Shown here: piece by piece, positions 23,132-32,928 of the stretch
Layout: each line of letters starts with the position of its first letter
How positions within the stretch are numbered: the first letter of the stretch is position 1
Origin: an uncultured delta proteobacterium
GTDB lineage: Bacteria; Myxococcota_A; Polyangia; Fen-1088
Length of the DNA: 64,000 nucleotides
Reading direction: 5' to 3'
Assembly: GCA_963767925.1 (NCBI GenBank)
Contig: CAVYGB010000013.1
Coordinates: 64,001 to 128,000, forward strand
Made by a program: the position numbers and the translations under genes
The notes under the pieces: model-generated
Database searches by the model: none
What the model was told of the DNA's origin: nothing
What the model saw: the letters and a program-made list of their open reading frames with translations, nothing else

Positions 23132-25174
23132 TCAGCGGGCCAGCCCGGCCGCCGCCTGGCGCAGCAGCGCCAGCGCCCGGGGCGCGTCACCGTAGAAGTT
23201 GTCGGTCCGCGCGTGCACGCTGATGCCGCCGCGGTAGTTGATCCGCTCGAGCTCCCGGAAGAACGTGGCGTAGTCGGCCTCGCCGGCGTTCATCGGGTAG
23301 CCCCGCCCGTTGGGGTTGGCGATCTGGACGTGTTTGAGGTGGCGCCCGGCCTTGCGCAGGACCATCGGGTGCTCCTTCTCGATGGTCATGAACGAGTAGT
23401 CGACCATCATCTGGAAGTTCGGCTGGCGCACCGCCTTGACCAGGTCGACCGCCTCCCCGACCGTGGTGACGAGGTTGGTGTCGGTGCTGCGCAGGGGCTG
23501 CACCAGCACGGTGAGGCCATGCGACTTGGCCGCCAGGGCCAGCCGCTTGCCGAACCCGACCAGGTCTTTCCAGGCGGCCTCCCGGGCCATCCCCTCGGGG
23601 ATGCGGCGAGACGGGCCGCTGCCTAGGAGCACGTATTTGACGCCCAGCCGGGCCACCCGGGGCAGCGCCCGCTGCAGGTGCGCGTCCTGCTTGGCGACGT
23701 CGGCCTCCGGGCCCACCAGCTTGAGCTCGGCGGGGATGAGGTTGTAGCCGGTCAGCGCCGGCACCCCGAGCGCGCGGAAGCGCTCGACCGCCTTGCCGAA
23801 CTCGTCCTCCGGCAGATCGAGCACGTCTTGCAGCGCCAGCTCGACGTATTCGAAGCCGGCCGCCTTGGCCTCGTCGGGGGCCGAGCCCTTGGCCCGGATG
23901 CACCAGCCGATGGGGTATCCCGCCACCGCCGGCGGGATCGAATCGGAGACCACCTCCAGCTTGCGCACCTCGAGCCGCACGTCCTGCCCGGCGCCCAGCT
24001 CGAGCGCCAGCGCGCCCTTGCTCTCGGCCCCGGTCAGCTCGTGAAACACCGCCGGCAGATCGTTGACGTGGACCGCGACCCGCTGGTCGCGGACCGAGAC
24101 GGTCACCGAGTTCCAGTCCCCCTTCTTCCAGCTCTTGGCCAGCTTGTCCCGGGCCTTCTCGTCGGCCTGGGCCCCCGGGCGCGCGAGGAAGCCGCCGCCC
24201 CCGGTCTCGTACAGCGCGCCCGCGCCCTCGCTGTCGACGTCGACCTGCAGGCCGGTGGCCCCCGCCGGGGTCGTCGCCGGCTGGGCCCGCAGGTACAGCC
24301 CGGCGTTGCCCCCGGTCAGCTTGACCTCGGCCCGGGCGACGTAGTCCTCGAGCGGCTCCCCGACGAACAGCAGCCCGTGCCGCCCCTCGCCCTTGCTGTT
24401 CTTGCCCACCAGGACGTCGCCCTCGACCGCCCAGGTCCCGCCCCCGGCCGCCCGCAGGCCGCGCAGGGTCTTGCCGTCCCACAGGGGTCGCCAGGCCCGC
24501 CGCCCCAGCTCCTGGATGCGGATCTTCCGCCAGGACACGGTGAGGGGATCCTCGCGCTTGCCCACCTGGTGGACCTGCAGGGCGATGAACCCCTCGAGGT
24601 CCTTGGCGTCGACCAGGTCGGCCGCCGGCACGTCGTTGATCCAGGTCTTGATCGTGTCGCCGATGGCCTGCACCCGCATCTTGTTCCAGGCCCCCGGCTT
24701 GAATGCCTTGCGGGCCGGCTCGTTGCCGCCGAGGTCGGCCAGCCAGCCCCGGCGGCCCTCGTCGTACAGGCCGCCGGTCCACAGCCGGGCCCGCTTCATG
24801 TCGGGATCGATCTCCACCTGGTAGCCGTGCACCCGACCGTCCTGGTAGTCGGGACGGCTCTGCCCGCGGATCTGCACGCCCGAGTTCAGCTCGGGGTGGA
24901 CCTTGAACTCCAGCTCGAGCAGGAAGTCGCCGTAGCTCCGGTCGGTGCAGAGGAAGGTGTTGCGCGTGTTGGGCACCGTCGTGCCCACGATGGCCCCGTC
25001 CTTGACCTCGTATTTCGCCGTCCCGCCCCGCTGCACCCAGCCGGTCAGGGTCTTGCCGTCGAAGAGGTTGGTCCACTTGCCTCCAGCGGCCAGGGCCAGG
25101 CGGCCCGGCAAGAGGGCCGCGGCGGCCAGGGCAACGAAGACGCAACGGAGGAGAGCCCGGCTTGTCGGGTACAT
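23132..25174 (-). CDS. Secreted fusion: two DUF1080 domains + sugar-phosphate isomerase/epimerase TIM barrel
   Basis: Signal peptide; LFDGKTLTGW...NSGVQIR...GYQVEI...GFIALQVH; second LWDGKTL repeat; C-terminal GFEYVEL...LGSG...KHVQIAN barrel. Confidence 0.8.
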   Translation of the reverse strand: MYPTSRALLRCVFVALAAAALLPGRLALAAGGKWTNLFDGKTLTGWVQRGGTAKYEVKDGAIVGTTVPNTRNTFLCTDRSYGDFLLELEFKVHPELNSGVQIRGQSRPDYQDGRVHGYQVEIDPDMKRARLWTGGLYDEGRRGWLADLGGNEPARKAFKPGAWNKMRVQAIGDTIKTWINDVPAADLVDAKDLEGFIALQVHQVGKREDPLTVSWRKIRIQELGRRAWRPLWDGKTLRGLRAAGGGTWAVEGDVLVGKNSKGEGRHGLLFVGEPLEDYVARAEVKLTGGNAGLYLRAQPATTPAGATGLQVDVDSEGAGALYETGGGGFLARPGAQADEKARDKLAKSWKKGDWNSVTVSVRDQRVAVHVNDLPAVFHELTGAESKGALALELGAGQDVRLEVRKLEVVSDSIPPAVAGYPIGWCIRAKGSAPDEAKAAGFEYVELALQDVLDLPEDEFGKAVERFRALGVPALTGYNLIPAELKLVGPEADVAKQDAHLQRALPRVARLGVKYVLLGSGPSRRIPEGMAREAAWKDLVGFGKRLALAAKSHGLTVLVQPLRSTDTNLVTTVGEAVDLVKAVRQPNFQMMVDYSFMTIEKEHPMVLRKAGRHLKHVQIANPNGRGYPMNAGEADYATFFRELERINYRGGISVHARTDNFYGDAPRALALLRQAAAGLAR

Positions 25175-25329
25175 GTAGGGCGGCAGCCTAACAGAATCGG
25201 CCGGGCCTCCAACCGATCCGGCGGCGTCCCGGGGGAGGGCGTCGCGATTCGCTGGTGCGGCCGCGCAAGTGCGGCGCGTCTCGAGGATCGGCGCCCCGAA
25301 CGTGCCATCCTCCCAGGATAGGTGCTGCC

Positions 25330-25938
25330 ATGAACTTCGACCCGAACAGCTTGCCTCCCGGCGACGTGTACCGCCTGATGGTCGACCTCATCACCCCCCG
25401 CCCCATCGCCTGGGTCAGCACCGTCTCGCCCGCCGGGGTGGTGAACCTGGCACCGTTTTCGTTCTTCGCCGGCGTGGCGGCCAGCCCACCGACGGTGGTC
25501 TTCTCCGCGGTCAACCACCGCGACGGCCGCAAGAAGGACACGCTGGTCAACGCCGAGGCCACCGGCGAGTTCGTGGTCAACGTGGCCAGCTACGCCCTCG
25601 GCGACGCGGTCAACGCCACCGCCGCCAGTCTCCCCTACGACGAGAGCGAGCTCGATCGGGCCGGCCTGACGCCTTGCCCCAGCGAGCGGGTGCGGCCGCC
25701 CCGGGTGGCCGAGGCCCGGGCCCACCTCGAATGTGTGGTGCACGAGATCGTGCGGGTAGGGGAGGGGCCCCTGGCCGCCAACCTCGTCATCGGCCGGATC
25801 GTGCTGGTCCACGTCGCCGACACCGCCCTCGACGAGCAGGGCCGGGTCGACCCGCGCCAGCTCGACACAATCGGCCGCATGGGCGGCGACGCCTACGCCC
25901 GCACCACCGAGACCTTCTCTTTGCGCCGCCCGCGCTGA
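25330..25938 (+). CDS. Flavin reductase-like FMN-binding protein
   Basis: PRPIAWVST, NLAPFSFF, KDTLVN and IGRMGG motifs. Confidence 0.9.
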   Translation: MNFDPNSLPPGDVYRLMVDLITPRPIAWVSTVSPAGVVNLAPFSFFAGVAASPPTVVFSAVNHRDGRKKDTLVNAEATGEFVVNVASYALGDAVNATAASLPYDESELDRAGLTPCPSERVRPPRVAEARAHLECVVHEIVRVGEGPLAANLVIGRIVLVHVADTALDEQGRVDPRQLDTIGRMGGDAYARTTETFSLRRPR

Positions 25939-25970
25939 GCGCACCACCCCTGGCGTCAGGGCGGCGCGGG

Positions 25971-26408
25971 CTAGATCTTGCCGAGCAGGTTCGGGCGGCG
26001 GGCGCCGAGGGGGCGGGGGCGGGTCGGCTCTTCGGCGGGGATGGCGGTCAACACGCTGGGAGCCAGCGAGCAGAGCACGTAGATGGTCCGCTTCTGCCAG
26101 TTCATGCCCGGGTTCCAGATGAGCGAGATCTTGTAGATGTCGTGGGCCTGGTTCTGCAGGGGGGTGATCCAGTTGACCAGGTACTTTAGGCAGCCCGAGT
26201 GCAGGAACTCGATGGCCCGGATGTCGATGCGGATCTCGCGGGTGAGCTGCTCGCCGGCCGCCGCCCGCACCTCGTTGAGGGCGGTGATGAGGGCCTGCTC
26301 GCTGAGGGCCTCGGCCGTCCCCCACATGCACACCTCGATGGCGTCATCCACGCGCATCCACTCGGCGCAGAAGTCCTCGGCGTGGACGATCCGGGGGGCC
26401 GTGTTCAC
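25971..26408 (-). CDS. STAS-like protein (SiaC-like anti-anti-sigma)
   Basis: IDIRAIEFLHSGCL resembles the STAS phospho-Ser motif; GTGA overlap with the upstream gene. Confidence 0.55.
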   Translation of the reverse strand: MNTAPRIVHAEDFCAEWMRVDDAIEVCMWGTAEALSEQALITALNEVRAAAGEQLTREIRIDIRAIEFLHSGCLKYLVNWITPLQNQAHDIYKISLIWNPGMNWQKRTIYVLCSLAPSVLTAIPAEEPTRPRPLGARRPNLLGKI

Positions 26409-26896
26409 GACTTCACCCCCAGCGCCGCCCGGACCGTGATGGCCACCCGGCCCCCCTCGACGCAGAGATCGACGTCGAGCTCACCCTCCGCCCGGACCCG
26501 CGCCAGGCCCAGGGCCAGCGAGTCGAGCTTCGGCTCGCACTTCATCAGAGCGAGGTAGTGCCCCATGGGATCGGTCGCCTCGATGATCGCCGTGACGAGC
26601 CGCTCGAGGCGCCCGATGTTGGACGGGTCGCTCTCGTTGTCGAGGGTCAGCTTGAGGGCGGTGCCCCCCTGCCAGGCCTCCCGGGTGATGCGCAGGTTGA
26701 CCTGCCGCTGCAGGCCATATTTGGTGGCGTTATCGAGCAGCTCGTGGCTCGCCAGCTCCATGCGGTAGGCCAGGTCGTCGTCGCGCAGGACGCTGCGCAG
26801 GGCCGAGGCGACGAAGCGCCGGACCGGGCTGATCAGCTCGGGCGCGGGCAGGACCGACAGGCCGAGGACAAGCTGTGCGTCATCGGCGTCTTTCAT
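26405..26896 (-). CDS. Anti-sigma-type Ser kinase/HATPase-like protein
   Basis: ELASHELLDNATKYG N-box and degenerate LGLARV G-box. Confidence 0.6.
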   Translation of the reverse strand: MKDADDAQLVLGLSVLPAPELISPVRRFVASALRSVLRDDDLAYRMELASHELLDNATKYGLQRQVNLRITREAWQGGTALKLTLDNESDPSNIGRLERLVTAIIEATDPMGHYLALMKCEPKLDSLALGLARVRAEGELDVDLCVEGGRVAITVRAALGVKS

Positions 26897-26994
26897 CCCG
26901 GCGTCGGCCTGGTTGCCCACCAGGCGATGCATCGAGCGATTCCTGGCTTTACTTGAGGGTGCGGCGGTGTGCCGGATCGGCGCCGACCCGCCTC

Positions 26995-27573
26995 CTACAA
27001 CGCCCTCACATCCACCCAGCGCATCCCCGCGCGCCGCGCGGCCTCGATGCCCAGATCGGCGTCTTCGTAGACGGTGCAGAGGTGGGGTGGCACGCCCAGC
27101 CGGCGGGCGGCCTCCAGGAAGACGTCGGGCTCGGGCTTGTGGCGGGTCGTGTCCTCGGCGGCGACGATGGCGTCCCACCAGCCCCAGGTGCCGATCTGTC
27201 GCAGCGTGGTCTCGACCAGGCTGCGGTGGCTGCCCGAGGCCACCGCCAGCGGGAGCTGCCCCCGGTGACGCCGGGCGATGGCCACCACCTTTTCGACCGG
27301 CTGCACCACCGGCAAGCTGTCGAGGTAGGCCTGCTCCTTGCGCCGCGCGAGCTCGACCCCGTCGAGGGCCAGCCCGTGTTCGGCCACGAACCGGCGGGCG
27401 ATCTCGACGGTGGGGACGCCGGCCAGGCCGTAGAACCGCGCGCCGGGAAAGTCGAGCCCGAAGGGGGCCAGGGTCGCCAGCCAGGCCTGGTGGTGGGCCG
27501 GCATGGTGTCGGCCAGCGTCCCGTCACAATCGAAGATCAAGGCCCCTCCGGGCTCGCCCGCGGTCTCGTTCAC
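26995..27573 (-). CDS. HAD-family phosphatase (YqaB/beta-PGM-like)
   Basis: IFDCDGTL, VASG, KPEPD and YEDA motifs. Confidence 0.9.
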   Translation of the reverse strand: MNETAGEPGGALIFDCDGTLADTMPAHHQAWLATLAPFGLDFPGARFYGLAGVPTVEIARRFVAEHGLALDGVELARRKEQAYLDSLPVVQPVEKVVAIARRHRGQLPLAVASGSHRSLVETTLRQIGTWGWWDAIVAAEDTTRHKPEPDVFLEAARRLGVPPHLCTVYEDADLGIEAARRAGMRWVDVRAL

Positions 27574-27622
27574 CCCTCGACGATAGCGCAGGACGCGGCG
27601 CCGGCGCGCCGGGTAGCTGCCC

Positions 27623-29080
27623 TCACAGCACCTCGACCACCTCGCCGCCGTCGAGCTGGCAGCGGCCGTCGCGGGGGTTGCCGCCGGTGCGGATGACCTC
27701 GCGGGGCTCGGGCTCGAGGTGGGTGCCGGTCAGCTCCATCTGCAACATGCGCAACATGGCCTTCTGCAAGGTGGTGACGAAGTAGCAGGGGATGGTCGGC
27801 TCCTTGTGGGCGCCGCCCACGCCCGAGTCGTCGGTGAGGAAGAGGTAGCGGCCTCCGGTCACCATGGCCGCCAGGCGCATGGAGTACTCGAGCAGCTCGC
27901 TCGTGCCGCTGGCCGAGATGGGGTAGATGTGCACGCCCTTCGACTTGAGATCCCGGATGTGTTTGATCATGTCGGCGGCGTACGGGTTGTGGTGGGGCGC
28001 GTCCCCCACCCAGAAGGCCACCCGGGCCACCGCGCCGTCGCGCCATTGCAGGGTGTTCAGATCGGCCAGCCCCCTCTCGGGCGCCTCCTCGTAGTCGCCG
28101 CCGCCGCCCGCGCCCAGCCGGGCGAACTCGCCCTTGAAGCTCTGCAGGTCGGTCGCGAACTCGAACTTGCGGGTGACGTATTCGTCCTGGTAATCGCGGT
28201 AGGCGACGAAGGCCCAGCGCTGCGACAGGCCGGGGAAGCGGTCGGTCAGGGCGGCCGAGATGTTGAGCAGCTCCGCCTGCAGGTAGCTGATCTCGTCACC
28301 CATGCTGCCGGTCGTGTCGATCAGGATGGCCACGTCCAGGCTCTGGACGGCGCGCGGGCCGGCCCCCATCGGCAGGGTCAACATGGCGTCGCCGGCCTTC
28401 GCCACCCCGGCCCGGGTCAGGCCGTCGATCTGGGCCACCACGTCGAGGCTGTCGCCGCCGTCGACCCCGCCCCAGTTGGGGAAGAACAGCGCCCGCCCGT
28501 CGGCGCCCGTCTGGGTGAAGGCCATCTCCCGCTGCCCGCTCAGCACCGAGACGCGCACGCCCGCCAGGGGCTTGCCCGCGCTGTCGGTCACCAGCACGAC
28601 GAGGCGGTCGGAGACGGGGGCCTGGGGCAGCCCGGGGAGCTGGGCCATGCGCGCGGTGTAGCGCTTGAAGAAGTCGTAGTTGAGGTTGTCGTCCCAGGTC
28701 CCGGCGGTGAGCAACCCGCTCTGGGGCGGCGGCTGCGGCATGCCGACCAGCGGCGGGGGCAGAGGCGGGGGGGGAGAGACCACCGGCGGCGCCGTCGGCG
28801 CAGGAGCCCCGGGCGGAGCGCTGCCCGAGGACCCTCCGGATCCCGGGACGGGCGCCGGCGCGGGCGGAGGGGAGACCGCAGGTGGAGGCGGCGCCGGGCT
28901 GGGAGCGGGCGAGCCGCCGGAGCTTCCGACCGGACCCGACGGTCCGGGAGAGGGCGTCCCGGCCGAGGGGCGGGGGTCCGCCGTGCGCGCCCCGTCGAGC
29001 GAGGCGTCGGCGCTGCACGCGGCGCCGGCCAGAGCGAACAACGCCATGAGGTGAAAGAGGTGGCTGGTCGGTTTTCGCAT
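27623..29080 (-). CDS. VWA-domain lipoprotein
   Basis: Lipobox AGAAC, Pro-rich linker, MIDAS DTTGSM, YRDY, GGGDYEE, GDAPHH. Confidence 0.85.
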   Translation of the reverse strand: MRKPTSHLFHLMALFALAGAACSADASLDGARTADPRPSAGTPSPGPSGPVGSSGGSPAPSPAPPPPAVSPPPAPAPVPGSGGSSGSAPPGAPAPTAPPVVSPPPPLPPPLVGMPQPPPQSGLLTAGTWDDNLNYDFFKRYTARMAQLPGLPQAPVSDRLVVLVTDSAGKPLAGVRVSVLSGQREMAFTQTGADGRALFFPNWGGVDGGDSLDVVAQIDGLTRAGVAKAGDAMLTLPMGAGPRAVQSLDVAILIDTTGSMGDEISYLQAELLNISAALTDRFPGLSQRWAFVAYRDYQDEYVTRKFEFATDLQSFKGEFARLGAGGGGDYEEAPERGLADLNTLQWRDGAVARVAFWVGDAPHHNPYAADMIKHIRDLKSKGVHIYPISASGTSELLEYSMRLAAMVTGGRYLFLTDDSGVGGAHKEPTIPCYFVTTLQKAMLRMLQMELTGTHLEPEPREVIRTGGNPRDGRCQLDGGEVVEVL

Positions 29081-29195
29081 GGAGCCACGTTCTGCAAGGA
29101 CGGGGCCGCCCTACCCGGCCCGCCGTTGTGGGCCCGCCCGCCACCCGAGGCGTCCGGATCGCGACAGCGATGTCAGGAAAAAGGGGCGCGCGCGC

Positions 29196-30413
29196 TCAGC
29201 CGGCGCGCGGCTGCCCGAGGACGCGGGCGTAATGGGCCTCGTAGCGGTCGATGGCCGGCTGCAGCCCGTACTGCTGCACGGCGCGGTCCCGGGCCGCCCG
29301 CGACAGGCGCGCGCGCAGGCCGGGATCGCCGAGGATGCGCAGCACCCGATCGGCCATGGTCGCCACGTCCCCCACCGGGGCGAGGAAGCCGACCTCCCCC
29401 TCGGGCACCACCTCGGGGATGCCGCCCACGTCGGAGGCCACCACCGGCACCCCGCAGCTCAGCGCCTCCAGCGCGGCCAGCCCGAAGCTCTCGCTCTCGC
29501 TCGGCATGAGGAAGACGTCGCTCGCCTGCAGCAGCTCGACGAAGGAGACCATCTTGCCCACGAACACGACCCGGTTGCTCAGGCCGAGCTGGCGGGCCAG
29601 GGCCTCGACCCGGGACCGCTCGGGCCCGTCGCCGATCAGCAGCAGCACCGCCGGGCGCACCCGCTGGACCTCGGCGAAGATGCGGACCACGTCGTCCACC
29701 CGCTTGAGCGGGCGGAAGTTCGAGACGTGCACCAGCACGGCGGGCCCCTCGCTCGCGGCGCCGGAGGCGCCGGGCAGCCCCAGCTCGGCCAGGGTGCGCC
29801 GGGGTCCGGGCGCGTACCGCTCGGTGTCGACGAAGTTGGGGATCACCTCGATGGGCAGGCTCGAGGGGACGTCGAGGCGGTCGTAGGTGGCCTGCCGCAG
29901 GTAGGCCGAGGGGGTGGTCACCCCGTCGCTCTCGAGGATGGAGAAGCGGGTGATGGGCAGAAAGCTCGGGTCGCTGCCGACCAGGGTGATGTCGGTCCCG
30001 TGCAAGGTGGTCACGATGCGCGGGGCCTGCGCCCCCAGCACCTGCCGGGCCAGGTAGGCGCTGGTGGCGTGGGGCACGGCGTAGTGCACGTGCAGCAGAT
30101 CGAGCCCCTCGTAGCGGCTCACCTCGACGATCTTCGAGGCCAGCGCCAGGGTGTAGGCCCCGTCGTCGAGCAGGGGATAAGACCGGGTGGCGACCTCGTG
30201 GAAGACGACGTTCTCGACGAAGTGGTCGAGGCGGCTGGGCATGTCGTAGCTGAGCACGTGGATGCGGTGGCCCCGGCGGGCGAGGGCCAGGCCGATCTCG
30301 GTGGCGACGACGCCGCTGCCCCCGAAGGTCGGGTAACAGACGATCCCCACCTTGAGGCTGTGGCGCGACGGCGCGGAGCGGGCCGGAGGGGCGCCGGGAA
30401 CGGGTGGGGTCAT
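29196..30413 (-). CDS. bshA: N-acetyl-alpha-D-glucosaminyl L-malate synthase
   Basis: GIVCYPTFGGSGVVATE, HVHYAVPH, TTLHGTD, HVSNFRPLKR, ESFGLAALEA. Confidence 0.95.
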   Translation of the reverse strand: MTPPVPGAPPARSAPSRHSLKVGIVCYPTFGGSGVVATEIGLALARRGHRIHVLSYDMPSRLDHFVENVVFHEVATRSYPLLDDGAYTLALASKIVEVSRYEGLDLLHVHYAVPHATSAYLARQVLGAQAPRIVTTLHGTDITLVGSDPSFLPITRFSILESDGVTTPSAYLRQATYDRLDVPSSLPIEVIPNFVDTERYAPGPRRTLAELGLPGASGAASEGPAVLVHVSNFRPLKRVDDVVRIFAEVQRVRPAVLLLIGDGPERSRVEALARQLGLSNRVVFVGKMVSFVELLQASDVFLMPSESESFGLAALEALSCGVPVVASDVGGIPEVVPEGEVGFLAPVGDVATMADRVLRILGDPGLRARLSRAARDRAVQQYGLQPAIDRYEAHYARVLGQPRAG

Positions 30414-30417
30414 GGCC

Positions 30418-31227
30418 TCACCGGGGCGGTCCGAAGAACTGGGCGCCCGGGAAGGCGTTGGCCCGGAAGTGGGCGACCGGATCGATCAGCCCCAGCACCC
30501 CCCGGGTGAGGTAAGGCTCGCCGGCGCGCGCCCCGATCATCGCCCCGTAGTAACGGTCGCGCGCCTCGAAGGCGTCGAGGGTCTGGCCCGACCCGATCAA
30601 CGTGGCCGGCGTCGGGCCGCTCGGCCGGGCGAGCTGGCTGGCGTAGGCCGCGATGGCCCGCGCTTTTTCCCCGGCCACCGCGGTGATGTCGACGACGAAG
30701 CTCGGCGGCAGCTCGTAGCGCATGGGATAGCGCAGGACCTCCCGCGGCGTGAAGGGCGGCAGCAGCGGCTCGGTGGCGAACCTGGCCACCCCCGAGAAGA
30801 AGAGGGCCTTGGTCAGCAGGGCCGAGGTGGCCTCGTGGTCCGGGTGCCGCTCGTGGGTCCAGGGGATCACCACCACCTCGGGGCGCAGCCGGCGCAGCAC
30901 CGCCACCACCTGCGCGAGCTGCGAATAGGGCCGGGCGGCCGCCTCGCCGTCGTAGCCCGACCAGGGGTGGATCCAGCCGTCGGGGAAGCCGAGGTTCTCG
31001 CGCACCGCCAGCCCGAGGATCCCGCCCGCCTTCTCGGCCTCGCTGGCGCGCAGCTCGACGTTCCCCGCGGTCGACAGCTCGCTGCGCGACAGATCGACGA
31101 TGCCGGTGCGGTAGCCGCGCGCCGCCGACAGGGCCAGCAGGCCGCCGCAGCAGAGCTCGACGTCGTCGGGGTGGGCGCCGAAGGCGCACAGGTCGAGCCC
31201 CGGCCCGGCCACCGCCGCCGCGCTCAC
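30418..31227 (-). CDS. bshB1: Bacillithiol biosynthesis deacetylase
   Basis: GAHPDDVEL and RHPDH motifs; lies between bshC and bshA. Confidence 0.9.
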   Translation of the reverse strand: MSAAAVAGPGLDLCAFGAHPDDVELCCGGLLALSAARGYRTGIVDLSRSELSTAGNVELRASEAEKAGGILGLAVRENLGFPDGWIHPWSGYDGEAAARPYSQLAQVVAVLRRLRPEVVVIPWTHERHPDHEATSALLTKALFFSGVARFATEPLLPPFTPREVLRYPMRYELPPSFVVDITAVAGEKARAIAAYASQLARPSGPTPATLIGSGQTLDAFEARDRYYGAMIGARAGEPYLTRGVLGLIDPVAHFRANAFPGAQFFGPPR

Positions 31228-32850
31228 GGACACAGCTCACCGACGTCGGTGGCGAAGGGGACCAGGCCGGCCGACACCGCCCGGGCGAAGGGGGCCCGCC
31301 CGGCCCGGGCCGCCAGGGTGGGCCAGCCGTAATAACGCTCCTGGGGCGTGCGCTCGGGATAGAGCAGGGCGGACAGCCGCTCGATCCGCCGCAGGTTGGT
31401 CCCGTCGCGCCGGGTGATGGCCCGGGCGTATTTGTCGCACAGGCGCTCGACCGCGGTCCGCACGTAGGCCCGGGTCCGCTCCGCCGGGCGGCCGAGGGTG
31501 GGGTCGACCGCGCCGACCGCCGACTCCAGCCGGGCCAGCACCGGCTCGAGCGCGGCGGCGGCCTCGGCGGCCAGCGCCGAGGGGGCGGGCAGATCCCCGG
31601 CCAGCGACTCGGCCAGCTTTCGCAGCAGGGCGGGCAGGGGTTGCTCGAGATCCCGGGCCTGCAGGCTCAGCTTGCCCAGGAGCTGGCGGGCCTTGTCGTC
31701 GAGACAGCGGAAGCGCGCGCGCAGCGCCACCAGCGGCTGCGGGACGCCGAAGCGCTCGTACACCGGCGGGAGCTGGGCGAAGTAGCCCAGCTCGGCCGGG
31801 CCCCCGACGTAGGCCGCGGTCGGGAACAGCGTGTCCTGGACCAGCGGGCGCAGCAGGGCCGAGGTGCTGAAGCGCAGGGGATCGTCGGCGAGGCTGGCGC
31901 GCAGCTCGGCCTCGCCGACCTTCCGCCCGGTCCCGGCCAGGGTCCAGCTCCCGGGAGCGGCGCCGGTCTCCAGGCGGTAGCGGGGTCCGGTGGCGGCGCC
32001 GTCGTGGAAGAAGACCAGCGCACAGTCGGGGCGACAGGGCACCTGCTCGTCGAGCCCCGCCGCGTGCAGGGCGGAGGTCCGCTCGGAGAGCGCGCGGGAG
32101 ATGGCCGGGTGATCCTCGATCGCCCGGCGGTAAAGCGGGAGCCGCCAGCCGGGCCACCGGGGCCACCCGCGGATCGAACAGCAACAGGCCGTCCTCGGCG
32201 AACAGGTCGGCGAGCACCCCGGCGAAGGCCTGGGCCAGCGGAGTGCCGGGGCGGTAGTGCGCGCGCAGCAGGGCCAGCACGTCGGGCGCGCCCGGGGCCG
32301 GCCCCAGCGCGTCGGCCAGCGCGGCCAGGGCCGCGTCGACGTCGGGCCCCAGCCGGCGGTGGGCGATCGAGCTGCGCGGGCTGGCCCCGGGGTCGGGGGC
32401 GATGCTCAGCTTCTGGGGGGCCGCCTCCGCCCCGCTACCGAGCACGTAGGTGGACGCGATCTCGTCGAAGTCGTGGTCCTCGGTCTGCAGCCAGAACAGG
32501 GGCACGCAGCGCACGCCCGACTCGCGCTCGAGCGCCCGCGCCGCCGCCACCGCGCTGGCCGCCTTGTAATAGGTGTAGAGCGGCCCGAGGAACAGGCCGA
32601 CCTGCTGGCCCGTGATCACCACCGTGGTCCCGGGGCGGGCGAGCGCCTCCAGGTTGGCCTGGCGGGCGGCGCTGGGAGCGAAGGCGGCGTTCTGGGAGGT
32701 CAGCACCTCCAGCACGGCCGGCGCCACAACCCGCTCGGCCGCGCGCCGGGCCTGCGCCACACGGGCGGCCGGCTCGCGGAAGTCCGAGGGAAGGAAGGCA
32801 CGGGCCGTGGGATCGCCGTTGAGAAACGAGGCGGAAAAGGGGCGGCCCAT
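31224..32850 (-). CDS. bshC: Bacillithiol cysteine-adding enzyme; frameshift near 32135
   Basis: [46 protein letters not shown] and PQER motifs spread over two frames. Confidence 0.9.
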
Positions 32851-32928
32851 GGAGTCGCAGCATCCTAGCATCGCTCTTTCGATATGCCTCTTGTGGCGTC
32901 GCGCCCGGCGGGCCATAACAGCCGCCCC

